From: Squalus acanthias
Taxonomy: Eukaryota
DNA length: 64,000 bases
Assembly: GCA_030390025.1 (NCBI GenBank)
Contig: CM059432.1
Coordinates: forward strand, 5,642,001 to 5,706,000
Direction: 5' to 3'
The position numbers and the translations under genes were made by a program. Positions 1 to 13,119 of the stretch are shown one piece after another (positions within the stretch are counted from its first letter, which is position 1; each line of letters starts with the position of its first letter). The notes beneath the pieces were generated by a model, which saw only the letters and a program-made list of their open reading frames with translations, searched no databases and was not told where the DNA came from.

Positions 1-20
1 CGTTACACCTCTAACTTAAT

Positions 21-155
21 CCAGTTCTGACAAAAGTTCATCGACCTGAAACGTTAACACTGTTTCTCTCTCCACCGACACTATTTGACCTGCCGAGTAT
101 TTCCAGCATTTTCTGTTTTTATTTCAGATTTCCAGCATCCGCAGTATTTTGCTTT
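21..155 (+). mobile_element. Penelope-derived terminal-repeat fragment with a degenerate hammerhead
   Basis: Same unit as 23059-23195 (gacctgaaacgttaac...ttccagcattttctgtttttatttcagatttccagcat); core mutated to CTGACAA. Confidence 0.65.
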
Positions 156-359
156 TGTACCAACCTTTTTACTTCTGGCACTGCCAAGTTTAAGCTGCTT
201 CTTTAATTGCTCTCTGGGTGCGTGCCTCATGTGGATGCTCAGGAGCCATCTAATCAAGTGGCCCCACAAGCACAGAAGATCCACCCCTGCAGAAGAACTT
301 TGCCCTGCAAATTCTAGGTCGGCCCCGGCATAGCGGGGGATGTTTAAAATTGCGTTGAA

Positions 360-820
360 AGAGCTCTCCAATTAGTCCCACTCCCCCCTGCTCTTTCTCC
401 ATAGCCCTGCAAATTTTTCCCCTACAAGTATTTATCCAATTACCTTTTGAAAGTTACTATTGAATCTACTTCAGGCAGTGCCTTCCAGATCAGTAAAAAA
501 ATAATTATCCTCATCTCGCTTCTGGTTCTTTTGCCAATGACCTTAAATCTGTGTCCTCTGGTTACCAACCCTTCTGCCACTCGAAGCAGTTTCTCCTTAT
601 TTACTCAATCAAAACCCTTCATGATCTTGAACACCTCTTTCAAATCTCCCCTCAACCTTCTCTGCTCTAAGGAGAACAAGCTCAGCTTCTCCAGTCTCTC
701 CACGTCACTGAAGTACCGCATCTCTGGTACCATTCTAGTCAATCTCCTCTGCATCCTCTCCAAGGCCTTGACATCCCTTCCTAAAGTGTAGTTCCCAGAA
801 TTGGACACAATACTCCAGCT
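360..820 (-). mobile_element. CR1 LINE 3' fragment
   Basis: ORF 605-808 has ALERMQRR...FSLEQRRLRGDL, the CR1 ORF2 C-terminal signature. Confidence 0.85.
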
Positions 821-957
821 AGCTTTGCGTCAGCATTGTTTACTTCTCCATATTTCAGGGATGAACCCATTCGGAAAGGTCAGCCAGCTGCAAGATAAGG
901 TCATGTCTAGGTAATGCATGAATAACTTGATTCAGATTCCATGGTTACTGTATCCAG

Positions 958-1091
958 GTGAGACCGGAGAAAAGGTGGAAAGTGAGATAACTGTCGAAGC
1001 CGGAGTTGAAGAGGCGGAGACAAAAGAAGAGGAAACAGAAGACACGGTGGCTTCTGCAGTGAGAGAGATAAGTACGTTGAAAGTCGAATAA
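958..1091 (+). CDS. ERICH5: Terminal coding exon of glutamate-rich protein 5; upstream exons lie before the window
   Basis: Acceptor tatccag|GT at 957/958. Reads (G)ETGEKVESEITVEAGVEEAETKEEETEDTVASAVREISTLKVE-stop (TAA 1089-1091), resembling the recalled ERICH5 C-terminus GETGEKVE...AETKEEET. Tail-to-tail with RIDA, as in human. Confidence 0.8.
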
Positions 1092-1447
1092 TTACTGTTT
1101 GTACTAATTACTTTCACCAGATTAAGCATTATCCTTGGCAACATCTCATGGCCTGTCTCATGTTTCTCATTGTCTTGATCCCCCACTCACCATGCCCCCC
1201 GCCCCCCCCAACCGCACCCCTTACTCTCTACATCCTCACTTGCGTTGAAATCAATACTCATTGCCCCATCTCCCACTCTAACTCATCCATCCCCAAGTCA
1301 ACAAAACAACAGTACTCCTTCCTTTGATTCATTGATAATGCTTTAAAACCCAAGCTAGTCACCTAACCACTATGTCCTGATCTAGCTCTTCTTTCTTCCT
1401 TGGTGGTGTCCTGGTCTGTGAACTTTAGCCTTTCACCTGGGTGCTTC

Positions 1448-1453
1448 AATAAA
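1448..1453 (+). promoter_or_regulatory. Candidate polyadenylation signal (AATAAA) for ERICH5
   Basis: First AATAAA about 360 bp after the stop, followed by T-rich sequence; not verifiable without transcripts. Confidence 0.35.
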
Positions 1454-1599
1454 ATAACACTCTGCAACTTTTGTTATTCATTAATGGGTAGGCTCAAATC
1501 CCAGACTCTACACTGGTGCCTGGGATGGTAGAAACCCATGTGAGGCTGAAAGCTAGCAATCAATTTAATGCTGGGTAGTAGCTGGATTGAAAATATTCC

Positions 1600-1995
1600 T
1601 GGATTTTAAAATTCTCATCCTTCTTTTCAAATCCCTCCCTGGCCTCGCCCCCTCCCCCTCCCCCTCCCCCTCCCTATATCTGTATCCTCCTCCAGCCCTA
1701 CAACTCTCCGAGATATCTGCGCTCCTCCAATTCTGGCCTCTTGCAGGTCCCTGATTTTAATCGCTCTACCATTGGTGGCTGTGCCTTCAGCTGCCTGGGC
1801 CCTAAGCTCTGGAATTCCCTCCCTAAACCTCTCCGTCTCTCTTTCCTCCTTTAACACGCTCCTTATAACCTATCTTCATTTGCCCTAATATCTCACGCGG
1901 CTCGGCATCAAATTTTGTTTGCTAACACTCCTGTGGAGCGCCTTGGGACGTTTTACTATGTTAAAGGCGCTATATAAATACAAGTTGTTGTTCTT
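1600..1995 (+). mobile_element. L2 LINE 3' end fragment
   Basis: Matches the 3' part of the L2 at 52862-54882, including the gcgccttgggacgttttactatgttaaaggcgctatataaat(ac/gc)aagttgttg tail. Further copies at 4775-5096, 7190-7610, 25140-25325, 27480-27780, 29410-29625, 37125-37612 and 39255-39740. Confidence 0.8.
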
Positions 1996-2544
1996 GTTCT
2001 AGTTACAATGTTCAAGTGTAAATTGCTTTAAAAGCAGTTTTATTGCACAGACAAGCGTACACATGGCTATTCCCTACAGCATATCAGAATACGTCAGTCA
2101 TATAATACAATTCACAGCCACCAAGTCACACACCATCCTGACTTGGAAATATATCGGCCGATCCTTCATCGTTTCTGGGTCAAAATCCTGGAACTCCCTC
2201 CCTAACAGCACTGTGGGAGCACCTTCACCACACGGACTGCAGCGGTTCAAGGAGACTCACCACCACCTCCTCAAGGACAATTAGGGATGGGCAATAAATG
2301 CTGGCCTTGCCAGCGATTCCCACATCCCATAAAAACGAATAATAAAAGAAACCCACAGTTTTGGGAACCCCTGCCCTGAGCCATAAACACGATTCTAAAA
2401 CACTTCAGCAGTTCTTGTGCTGGAGATCTTTCGAGCAGGCAACAAAAACGTCTGGCGTGAATTTTCTATTGAAACCAATCAGAATATAAAAAATATGCTG
2501 TTAACCTCTCCTTACCCCTTCACCTCGATAATTATAGTTTTTTT

Positions 2545-3128
2545 TTATTCGCTTATGGGATCTGGGCGTCGCTGGCAAGGTCAGCATTTATTGCCCATCC
2601 CTAGTTGCCCTTGAGAAGGTGGTGGTGAGCCACCTTCTTGAACCGCTGCAGTCTGTGTGGTGAAGGTGCTCCCACAGCGCTGTTAGGGAGGGAGTTCCAG
2701 GATTTTGACCCAGCGACGATGAAGGATCGGCGATATACTTCTAAATCAGGACGGTGTGCGACTTGGAGGGGAACTTGGAGGTGGTGGTGTTCCCATGCGC
2801 CTGCTGCCCTTGTCCTTCTAGGTGGAAGAGGTGGCGGGTTTGGGAGGTGCTGCCGAAGAAGCCTTGGCGAGTTGCTGCAGTGCATCTTGTAGATGGTGCA
2901 TACTGCAGCCACAGTACGCCGGTGGTGGAGGGAGTGAATGTTTAAGGTGGTGGATGGGGTGCCAATCAAACGGGGTGCTTTGTCCTGGATGGTGTCGAGC
3001 TTCTTGAGTGTTGTTGGAGCTGCAACGCATCCAGGCAAGTGGAGAATATTCCATCACACTCCTGACTTGTACCTTGTAGATGGTGGAACGGCTTTGGGGA
3101 GTCAGGAGGTGAGACACTCGCCGCAGTG
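2545..3128 (-). mobile_element. Non-LTR retrotransposon 3' fragment (CR1/Jockey supergroup, clade uncertain)
   Basis: IYKVQVRSVMEYSPLAW and LDTIQDKA..LI...HSLHHRRTVAA are post-RT LINE motifs. Other copies at 2120-2345(+), 22385-22855(+), 26070-26510(-), 41180-41637(-) and 47365-47595(+). Confidence 0.75.
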
Positions 3129-3895
3129 ACGGTGCTCCGAGTTCTGGCCGACCACACTGCATGCTCTTTGCACAGCACTATCACTTTAATAATTAACTTG
3201 AGGCCAAACATAACCCATCTTCCTTGAAATAGAATCAAATCCATGCCCAATGTTATACCACCATCCTTCCTAATATCGTCAAATGGCCAGTCAACGTTTC
3301 AATAAAAACTTTTTTTGTCGTCATCACCTGTGTTTTACTTTTTTTTTTTAAAGTGGTTGGTCAGGGAAGTGTTTCCACTTTGTTTTGTACCCAGTTTCCT
3401 GATGTCAGGCAAATGGCTACAGAAAATGATCTCCCCTCTCAATTTTAATGTTTTTGATGTATCCTATGGTACTGTGGTATATGTCAGAAAATATGCCCAA
3501 AAGTAATTCTGCACATGCTGTACCTTATGAAGGAGATAAAGAACTATCAGCATCCCTAGAATATTTTAATTGACTCTATTTGACATTAGTAAATGAATAG
3601 TTGTATTCTGTTGCTATCTTGTTGTTTCGCCTCGATTTTAAAATTCTCATCCTTGTTTTCAATTCCCTCCATAACCTCGCCCATCCCTAGCTCTGTAATC
3701 TCCTCCAGATCCACAACACCCACCCGCCCGCCCGCCCAACCCCGAGACCTCTGCATTCCTCTAATTCTGGCCTCTTGAGCATCCCTGATTTTAATCGCTC
3801 CACCATTGGCGGCCGTGCCTTCAGCTGCTAAGGCCCTAAGCTCTGAAATTCCCTCCCCAGACCTTTCCTCCTTTAAGACGCTCCTTAAAACCTAC

Positions 3896-4607
3896 GGGGG
3901 AGAAATTGAGTCGCGCCCCCTTTAGGGCGCTAACTTCGCCGGGACACTACTTTTAGCACCCTGGAAAAATTAGCGCCCCCGCGGATGAAATTGAGTGGTA
4001 GTGCCCCAAGAGGGAAGCGGGGCGCTACTGGAAGCGCCCCTCCTCCCTCTTGGGTCGCGGCGATGGAATATTGCGGCGCTATGTGCTGCAGCGCCGCGGT
4101 ACTGCAGGCCTTCCTCCCCTTCTTAAAGGGGAGGGGCCTTGCGCAGCGTTACCCGGGGCCCAGCTGGGCCACCGGGAATTGGAGTGCCGGCAAAAGAGCC
4201 CGGCACTCAAGAGAAGTGCCGGGCTCATGCAGCGCAGCCGGCACTCCGCCGGGGGGGGGGGGGGGGGTCAGGAGGCCGGGGACGGGAGCGGAGGCAGGTG
4301 TTGGCAGGCGGCCAGCAACAAAAATGGCCGCCCAGCACCTTGCCTTTAAATAGCACCGCCCCGGCCGCAGGTAGGCCCCCCTGACCCCGTCGGACATAGC
4401 GTCCGGCGGTAAGTCAGGGGGTGCTACCGAAGATCGCGGCCAGGGCGCTGCGCATGGCGATGATGTAATCGCTGGCGGCGCAGCGCCGCGGGGCGCTAAC
4501 CTCCCGTTTAATTTCGCGGGAGGTGTTGGCGGTGCCGCGCCCGGGCGCTAGTTGCTTTGCACCCAGTTAGCGCCCTGAGAGGCGCAAAGCAACCGAATTT
4601 TTCCCCC
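3896..4607. mobile_element. GC-rich non-autonomous DNA transposon (PIF/Harbinger-like MITE) inserted in an L2 tail
   Basis: Ends GGGGGAGAAATT / AATTTTTCCCCC (inverted, 1 mismatch); 3-bp duplication TAC; the L2 sequence aaaacctac...ctttgaccaag resumes after it. Confidence 0.75.
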
Positions 4608-7600
4608 TACCTTTGACCAAGCTTTTGGTCATCTGCCCTAATATCTCCTTATGTGGCTCGGTGTCAAATTTTGTTTGATAACGCTCCTGTGAAGCGCCTT
4701 GGGATATTTTAATTGGCAATGGTATGATAGGGGGCTATAGGTAGTACAGACCTTAAGGTTCTCTATAATTTGACTAACCCTACAACCCTCCGAGATCTCT
4801 GCGCTCCTCCAGTTCCGGCCTCTTGCGCATTCCCAATTTCCATCGCTCCACCATTGGCAGCCGTGCCTTCAGCTGCCTGGGCCCCAAGCTCTGGAATTCC
4901 CTCCCTAAACCTCTCCGCCTCTCTCTCCTCCTTTACGCCGCTCCTTAAAACCTACCTCTTTGACCAAGCTTTTGGTCACCTGTCCTAATATCTCCTTGTG
5001 TGGCTCAGTGTCAAATTTTGTTTTATAACACTCCCGTGAAGTGCCTTGGGGCGTTTTACTACATTAAAGGCGCTATATAAATGCAAGTTGTTGTTGTCCA
5101 CAAAAGGACAAAATGTGCAAAATAACTCATACTTTTAATGTTTTCTTCTCTTAAGTGGCAGAAAGCAAGGAAGATTAACTTTGCTATTCCAGTCTTGGAA
5201 CGTTCTCCTGAAGATATATTTCTGCTCACCTGGAACCTGTACAGTTGCTTTATATCCTACAATTCACTGTCCTCAATGTTAAGAGATTCTGACAGCAGGT
5301 ATCAGCAATTCTGCAGAAGAAGAAAGGAGAACCTGCTTTTACTCATCAACATTCAACCTGGTGTTTCTACACACATCACTTGCCAAGCCACAGCCGTGCA
5401 ATCCATTCAATTGGATAACCCGGTGTGTTAATGATATCCATTGACTGTCCCCTTACGTCACTGTGTACAAACGAGAGAGTAACCGTTTCATTCTCGGGAG
5501 CTGGTTTTTTTCCACTACACATTTACCATCTTTTAAGCCCAAGAAATCTCGGAAAGAGCCATTCTGTGTAATTGCAAACTTGGGACTGTGACCTTGCGGG
5601 CGAAAGAATTTGTTTTTAAACTGTTAATTCATGTGGTTATTCACAATATGAAATCCAGCGACACATACCAAAAATTTAGGGACAAAAGTGTTGTACAATC
5701 ACCTTGTAATGCAAAGAGAAGTGCAACAATCTGGCAGTATTTTATAATTTGTCATTACGCTTACAGTACAAAATAGAGTATTTTTTTTAAATTGCAATTT
5801 TTTTTTGGTAACACTGCGCAAGAGCATGCTAATGACTTTACACAGGACTTTACACTGTATCTTTGTTGCTGTTGGGGGAATAGAGCTTTCGGGAGCACTG
5901 CCAAGCTGCTCGCAGTACTGGGTACTGCCCTGTGATTGAGGAGGTTTGATAATGTGCTCCACCAAAATTGTCTTTTCAACGTGCAAGGCATTGTCATAGA
6001 TACAAATTATTTTAGGGAAAAAAAATTCAGAATTTTATAAATTATTGGGTACACATTAAAAAATGATGGGACTTTATATTTATGGAATATATTTCCGCTC
6101 TAACATGTCAGATGTTAGTAAGCATGTCATTTAAGTACATTGATTGATAAATTTTTGTTAGGCAAGGGTATGAAGGGTTACAGAACCAAGGTGGCTGAAT
6201 GGAGTGAAGATACAGATCAGCCATTATCTAACTGAATGACGGCACAGGCTCGAGGGGCTGAATGGCCTACTCCTGTTCCTATGTTCAGAAGAGAAAAAGT
6301 ATGAGAAATGACGACTTCACATTAGCTACGAACCTCCTTAAAATAGTTTGTATTTTGTTTTACTTTAAAGGGTGTAAATGCTGGAGGATGTGAAATATAC
6401 AACAGCTTTCAACAATATTGAGAGCATTCATGTGGTTTATTCTTTACTTAATCGCAGTTCAACCTGGACCTCTTGAAAATACAGCGAGATATTATTATTA
6501 CACTTACTATGGCTTCCCAATGAACCACCTCCTGCAAAATAAACATGCAAGGCAATAAAACAACTTCATTTGCACTTAATGAAGGTATTAAGTATCCACA
6601 AGTTTTGCATGGTATGTCAGGTACAGTGCAGATCTCTAACAACAACAACTTGTATTTTTATAGGACCTTTAACGTAGTAAAACGTCCCAAGGCGCTGCAC
6701 AGGAGTATTGTAAGAAACAATTTGACACCGTTATGGGCCCAAGCCCTAGTTTAAGACACTTCCGGTTACCCTATTTTTATATTTTCGTTTCACATCTGAT
6801 CCATTATTAACAGAACGGAGTCTGCTCACTGAAGTCCTTCACAATAAATGAATAACAAGAAGATGTTTCAACATGCCAGAGGAAACACTGGCTGTTTGCT
6901 GGGCAAATAGCTATTGCACGGACCTGAAAGAACCCAAGTTGCGGAAAAGGTATTTAAGTTTTGGAGAGCTGAATAGTGGAACACTTCCCCTGTTTTATGG
7001 ATGAACCCTCCACAGTGAAGTAGTACTAGGCTACGCGATAACATGGACATCATCACTGAGCCCAATCCTATACTCAACCAATGACTGACAGGTGCTGCTG
7101 GATAGTGATCAGGAACCATGGCCAACTTGGCCCATCCTAGACCAGGACACCAAGACCAATTGTAGCACTCCAACTAACTACTGGCATTTATATAGCGTCT
7201 TTAACATAGTAAAACATCCCAAGGCGCTTCACAGGAGCGTTATCAGACAAAATTGGACACCAAGCCACTGATCTCCAATACTGTGTGTTATCAGGACAGG
7301 TGACCAAAAGCTTGGTCAAAGAGGAAGGTTTTAAGGAGCGTCTTAAAGGAGAGAGAGGTAGAGAGGCGGAGCGGTTTAGGGAGGGAATTCCAGAGCTTAG
7401 GGCCCAGGCAGCTGAAGGCACGGCCGCCAGTGGTAGAGCGATGAAAATCGGGGATGCTCAAGACACCAGAATTGGAGGAGCGACGAGATCTTGGAGGGTT
7501 GTAGGGCTGGAGGAGGTTTCAGAGATGGGGGGGTTGCGAGGCCATGGAGGGATTTGAATACAAGGATGAGAATTTTAAAATTGCGGTGTTGCCGGACCGG

Positions 7601-7974
7601 GAGCCAATGACAGGAAATGTTGATAGAAAGTGTTAAGCCCAATCCTGTACGCAGCCAATGATGGACAGGTGTTGCTGGACAGTGATCAGGAACAGGAACC
7701 TTGGGCAATTTGACCCGTTCCACCACTATTACAATAGAATTTAACAACACATTCCTTCTGACTAACGTAGCTTGTCAACACATGGTGTACATGATGTTGG
7801 GGTGTATGTTAAGTTTGTGATCGAAAGAGCACTTAGGGGCAGGTACAAAAAGGCATCAATGATGGGTACAGCCTATAAATGTACAATATTGCCTGCATGA
7901 TCCTCGTTAACTGCCTCCACACATTCTGCCCCCACTATTTTTACAGTCATTTCCTGTTTCCTAGTTAGGGGTGT

Positions 7975-8490
7975 CAAGGTTGTGACCAGAACAGAGAGGT
8001 TTATACCTATCGCGAAAGGTTAAACAGGCTGGGGCTCTTTAGAAGGCTGAGGGGTGGCCTGATAGAGGTCTTTAAAATGAAGGGGTTTGATAGTGTAGAC
8101 ACAGAGAAGATGTTTCCACTTGTGGGGGTTGTTCAAAACTAGGGGCCGTAAATAGAAGAGAGTCACTAATAAATCCAATAGGGAATTCAGGAAAAACTTC
8201 TTTACCCAGAGTGGTTAGAATGTGGCACTCGCTACCACAAGGAGTAGTTGAGGAGAATTTTTTTTTATTCATTCATGGGATGCGGGCGTCGCTGGCAAGG
8301 CCAGCATTTATTGCCCATCCCTAATTGCCCTGGAGACATAGATACATTTAAGGGGAAGCTAGATAAACACATGAGGGAGAAAGGAATAGAAGAATATGTT
8401 GATAGGGTGAGATGAAGCTCATGTAGAGAATAAACACCAGCATAGACCAGTTGGGCTGAATGGCCTGTTCCTGCGCTGTACATTCTATGC
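7975..8490 (+). mobile_element. Degraded CR1 3' fragment with a short LINE-tail insert (8265-8330)
   Basis: agaaggctgaggggtg..., cccagagtggttagaatgtgg and the CR1 tail gggctgaatggcctgttcctg. Confidence 0.7.
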
Positions 8491-10908
8491 TTGTGCACAT
8501 CAGTCTGGTGTAATGGGCTTCCTTTTCCTGCAATCATAAACAACCTGGTGAAGTGCAACAAGTTGAAAAGCCCCAAGATACTAATGCATGTTGTGACCCT
8601 CCCTCTCAAAAGTGTCTGAGACCACACCCAGAAATTTCATTACCTGGGTTGATCTGGTGCGGCCGGTGTCCGTGGCGGGTCGCGACCCCGCTGCTGGCTC
8701 CATCCCGCTGTAGAAAATGAACTTCCCTTAATGGGGCCTATTAAGCCCGCCCAGCGCATTACCCGGCCCAATTAGATGGAGCGGGTCTGGTGAAGTCACT
8801 CATGACACGTTTTAAGCCGGGATCCTTAAAGGGACCATGGCCACATTACATTTGAAGTTTAATCTAACAAAGTGGGTGTTGAATCTTTACTGTGCAATAA
8901 TATAATAAAAGTTATGCATGAGTGACAAATAAATATTTAAATATCATTAAGTAATATGATGCCATTTACAAATACGATTAAGAACATAATTAAAAAAGTA
9001 CATTAATTGGGAAGTTATTGGTGCTTTAGTCACAAATCTATAGACGTTTGTATCAGTAACAGGTACAAATAAAAGATGTGTGTGTGTAGGTAATATATAA
9101 AATTAAGCACATTTTAAATGTAATCGTAAAGGGATGGATTTACAATCTTATGCAAGTTCAGCGGAAGAGCTGCGGAATCCCTGACAAACAGTGTAAGTGG
9201 TGCTTACAATGTGTGTCTGGGATTTCTGCAGCTCTTTCGCTGAAGTTAACAATGGACAAGTGAGAGAACGTCTCCAGAAATTCACCCTAAAGTCTCAGAC
9301 TTAAAAACTACATTAGTCATATTCAGGGACTGAAAGCAAATTGAACCAGTGGAATGTTACAGTTGATGACTTGATTTAATGTGTAACTGGACAATCACAG
9401 CATACTGAGAGAAAATCCTGACTAGAAAAATCACAAACATTTATTTAAACGGTATAGGTCATTTTTTTTTATATAGTGCAGATCAATTCACTGCAATTAG
9501 AGTTGGAAGGCAACAGCTGAGAATGGCCAGCGAAAAATGTATTTCCCTCACCATCCAGGGTAGCACTCACATCCTTTCAGGAATTTCTGAATTAACATTT
9601 ACCAGTAGCTTTTCAAGTAGAACAGAATCTCCATCAATCTGTTAGCTGATGTAATCAACATGTTTTTATTTTGGTTTGTTTTCCATGCTGTCAAGTAATC
9701 AGCTGGAGCAATGGCCACAGAACTCCCGCCTCAGGTTGACAGACGTGGTTCCCGAGCTGCGTGAATCCCGTGGCCATGCAGGGAATTTAAAAAAGTTGGA
9801 GGGGGGAAGAAAGGCTCTTAAGTGCCTGTAAACTACCTCATAATGGAAAACTACCTCAATTGGGTCCCCCGCCGCTGCAGGTCGGGTCGGCTCCACGATG
9901 ACAGACGTGCCTGTGGTAATGGTGTGTGGGAGCGAGCTCCCAACCCGCTGACAAAAATAACAACTTTCCCACCTGACCCGCCACCGATCGCGCCTGCTAC
10001 CACCCCGGGAAAATTGAGCCCCATGAATTTGGAGCACGCCAGGTTGCTGTTGGTGGATATATTAGCAGACCACTACTAAGTGAGCTACAGCATTACAGAT
10101 TTTCCTTGAAAGATTGAAGGTGTGTCATACATCAATATGGGATACCTCGCAATGGTTTAAGTCTAGGTTTCCCACATGGGAAACATGCATGCAGTCAAGG
10201 TGTAGCTGTTCGAGGCAAGTGTGCGAGTTGCAGGCATGCTCCGCCATTTAACTTGATGCAGCTAATTGCTGGAAACGCTTTATTTGACAAACTTTGTAAG
10301 GGAAGGAAAATTTTGTTCATATCTCAGTGGCTATCCCTCTCACTAGGGACACTGCACTTACCTGCTCACTGACCTGCTCCCATGCAAATCTTGCCAAATT
10401 CTTTGCCGAAGTCTTCTACAGAAGATACCCCCCAGATCCATACAATTGCATTCCCTGCAGATCATTCTCTGTAGAAGGAGCAGTCCTCCCCCTTGTCCTG
10501 GCTGTTTACACTTCCTACAGCCATGCACCCCCCCGCCCCCCACCCCCCCCATTTCTTTGAAGTTTGGCAGCTCAATTGTTGGGACCAGTCAATTCCCTTG
10601 AAAGGCACAGCAACAGTGCTTGAATCTGCTGCTGTGCCAGATATCCTAATCTATTGCCAACAATATTCTCTGTGCAGCATCCAATCTGTCCAGAGAATGC
10701 ATGAATAATATTTAAGTGAGTGGAACTCTTCAGGTATCACAATTTGATACCGGTGCACGCTTGGCAGTGATGGGAGCCTAAAATTGAGCCTAAAGAGGCC
10801 TCATCACCTCTTCAGATTGTCCCGAAGCACTTTATAGCCAAAAAACACTATTTTTCCAAGTGAAGTCAATTTGCATACAAGAAGCATCAAATGAATTAGC
10901 CACTTAAT

Positions 10909-11717
10909 GTGCTGGATTTTGTCAATGGGGGCGCGCCTGCTGGTTTTCGGGTTTCAGTTCCGCCCCCAATGACGTCTGGCCAACCCATGCTATTTTCCCT
11001 TGATTGACCTTGTTAAGCCCGCCCTGCCGGTTTAGCCAGCCAATTAAGGGAAAGCCGGTGACAGAGGACGTCAATGTATGACGTTTCATCTGTCGAAATT
11101 TTTTTGACAGATGACTTGTCAGCGTTTGACAGCTTTGAGAAGCTGTCAAACACTGACAATCTCTGTTCTAAGGTGAGCCCTTGCACAGAAGGCTCACCAA
11201 AACCTCTCTCCTCAGCAGAAAGCAGATGGCTGCTGTATCTGAGAATGCAGCAGCGATTGTCATCTCTGCCGTTGAGATGAGGCACCTCCGCAACCCCAAG
11301 GGTTGAAGACTGCAGGAAGAAGCAAAGGTAAGGAAACTTTTCCAACACTTTACACTCACCTCTCATACTTACTTGTCCACACTTGCACCCATCACTCATC
11401 TCCACAGCGGACTTTTCGATCCCTCTCACCCCCGCAGACCCTCTGCTCACCTCGCTGACCCTGGCGGGGTATCCCGACGTCGAGAAGCCCGCACTTGCAG
11501 AGGTAAAATGAGGATAATCCTCAATACTGCCTGTTAACTACCTGTTAACAGGCAGTTAATTGGCTCTATTCCCCTTCCCGCCTCGAGGAGACGGGTCCCT
11601 GCGCATGTCGGGGACCCGCCTCCCGGGAAGATGGTTCGGAGGCGGGTTGGGACCCGCTCCCAATTTTTCCCATTTTGCCAGCAGTCCCGCCTCCTCAGGG
11701 CTGGTAAAATCCAGCCC
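10909..11717. mobile_element. Non-autonomous DNA transposon with short TIRs (Harbinger-like), inserted in a SINE remnant
   Basis: GCTGGATTTT at 10911 and AAAATCCAGCCC at 11706-11717 are inverted; interior is GC-rich; flanks resemble two halves of a minus-strand DeuSINE. Confidence 0.55.
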
Positions 11718-12214
11718 ATGTGTTTTTGGTGGTGGTGGTGGTGGATGGCTGAGGGAGGAATATTGGCACACCCGTGCTCCTCTTCAAATAGTGCCAAAGA
11801 GAGAACTTTACCTCCACCAGAATGGGCCTTGGTTTAACATTTCAGTCGAAAGACATTCCAGCATTTCCCTCAGAAGTGAACTAAAATGTCAGCCTAGATT
11901 TTGAGAGAAAGAAGAGGAAAAGCAACAAGACATCAATAACCAAAGCAAGGCCAGCTGGTCCAGTTCAGATCAGGTGTATTTCGCAAAACTTTGATCACAG
12001 AATATAAAGCATCATTAGTTACTGGAAAATAAGGGTTCTTGTTAAAGACAATTAGAAGTTAAAAACAAAATACAATCATAATGTTAACTTTGAATTCTTG
12101 TCTTTTTTTTTTTAAATGATTGATCCGTACAAAGAATACAAGACAAATGATAAAATCACAGTGCAGTGACTTCCTTGTTGCTTTTACTGTAGCCCCACAG
12201 TATTAGTCTCCCAC

Positions 12215-12289
12215 TTATAATTTCTGGTCCAAGGGTCCATCCACAATAGGCCCCAATATAGCCACAGCTTCAATCTCAACTCGGCCTCC
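12215..12289 (-). CDS. RIDA: RIDA exon 6 (GGRVEIEAVAILGPIVDGPLDQKL-stop)
   Basis: Acceptor ttttgcag|; TAA stop at 12217-12215. Confidence 0.95.
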   Translation of the reverse strand, partial: GGRVEIEAVAILGPIVDGPLDQKL

Positions 12290-12452
12290 CTGCAAAAAAG
12301 AAAAAAACAATTAAATCAGACAATTGAAGCAAATATTTGATCTGCAGACATGTCAGCAGCATGGACTCTATAACTCATTACATCCCACTAAATTCTGATG
12401 GGACCAGAAAGCTTTTAGAGACGTATAGAATTTACAGCACAGGAACAGGCCA

Positions 12453-12722
12453 CCCTGCTTCTCTTCCATGGCTGTGTCCGTGCCCAGGTGTCCCTGGGGA
12501 GGAAGCGTGCGGCGTCCGCCAGTATGCTTGAGGCTTTCTGCGACCGGTGGGCACCGGAGGGGGTCGTCGACGTGGACGATAACGTCGTGCTTTAATTTGA
12601 TACGGTTCCTTTGGTTTTATTTATAATTTGGAGTTTATTGTTTGCGCCCCTTTAATAAGGGGACACTTTTGTTAAAATTGATTTCTTTCGATGATCCTAA
12701 TTGGCACTTAAAAAAGAGTAAA
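12453..12722 (+). mobile_element. Tx1/L1-clade LINE 3' end fragment inside a CR1 tail
   Basis: Reads LLLFHGCVRAQVSLGRKRAASASMLEAFCDRWAPEG...stop, then a T-rich UTR and A-rich tail; flanked by acaggc on both sides. Confidence 0.55.
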
Positions 12723-13119
12723 GACAGGCAATTCGGCCCAACTGGTCCGTGCCGGTATTTATGTTCCACATGAGCCTCCTCCCACCCTGCTTCATCTCAC
12801 CCCATCAGCATGGGGGGGAGAGACACGTGTGGGTTGAAAGAAACTTGCAAATTTAATCTAAAAGCAAAATATTAGAGATTGAAAGCAAGATCAATGCAGA
12901 AAATTGAAACACTAATTTTTGTTCATGGAGATTGAATTTGCACCGTATTCGTAATATTCTGAGGACAGAGTTACAAGGCAAGAATGTTTGATTGTGGAGA
13001 GTGTGTATCCAGGCTGCATTCCTTCTCAATCTTTTAACATTTCCCAATTCTTTCCCTGTGAACCAATGCCTTGGATCAGCTCCCCAACACCAACACACCA
13101 AACGCCCAAAGCAACGTAC

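Noticed and set aside
3985..4397. Overlapping ORFs in the GC-rich insert
   Set aside because: They lie within a TIR-bounded MITE and show no transposase motifs.
5138..5997. Unique-looking ORFs (5138-5431, 5699-5986)
   Set aside because: No recognisable homology or coherent splice structure; cannot be supported without a search.
11160..11335. Possible Myb/SANT-like remnant (CRKK) in the Harbinger-like element
   Set aside because: Too degenerate to reconstruct a reading frame by eye.
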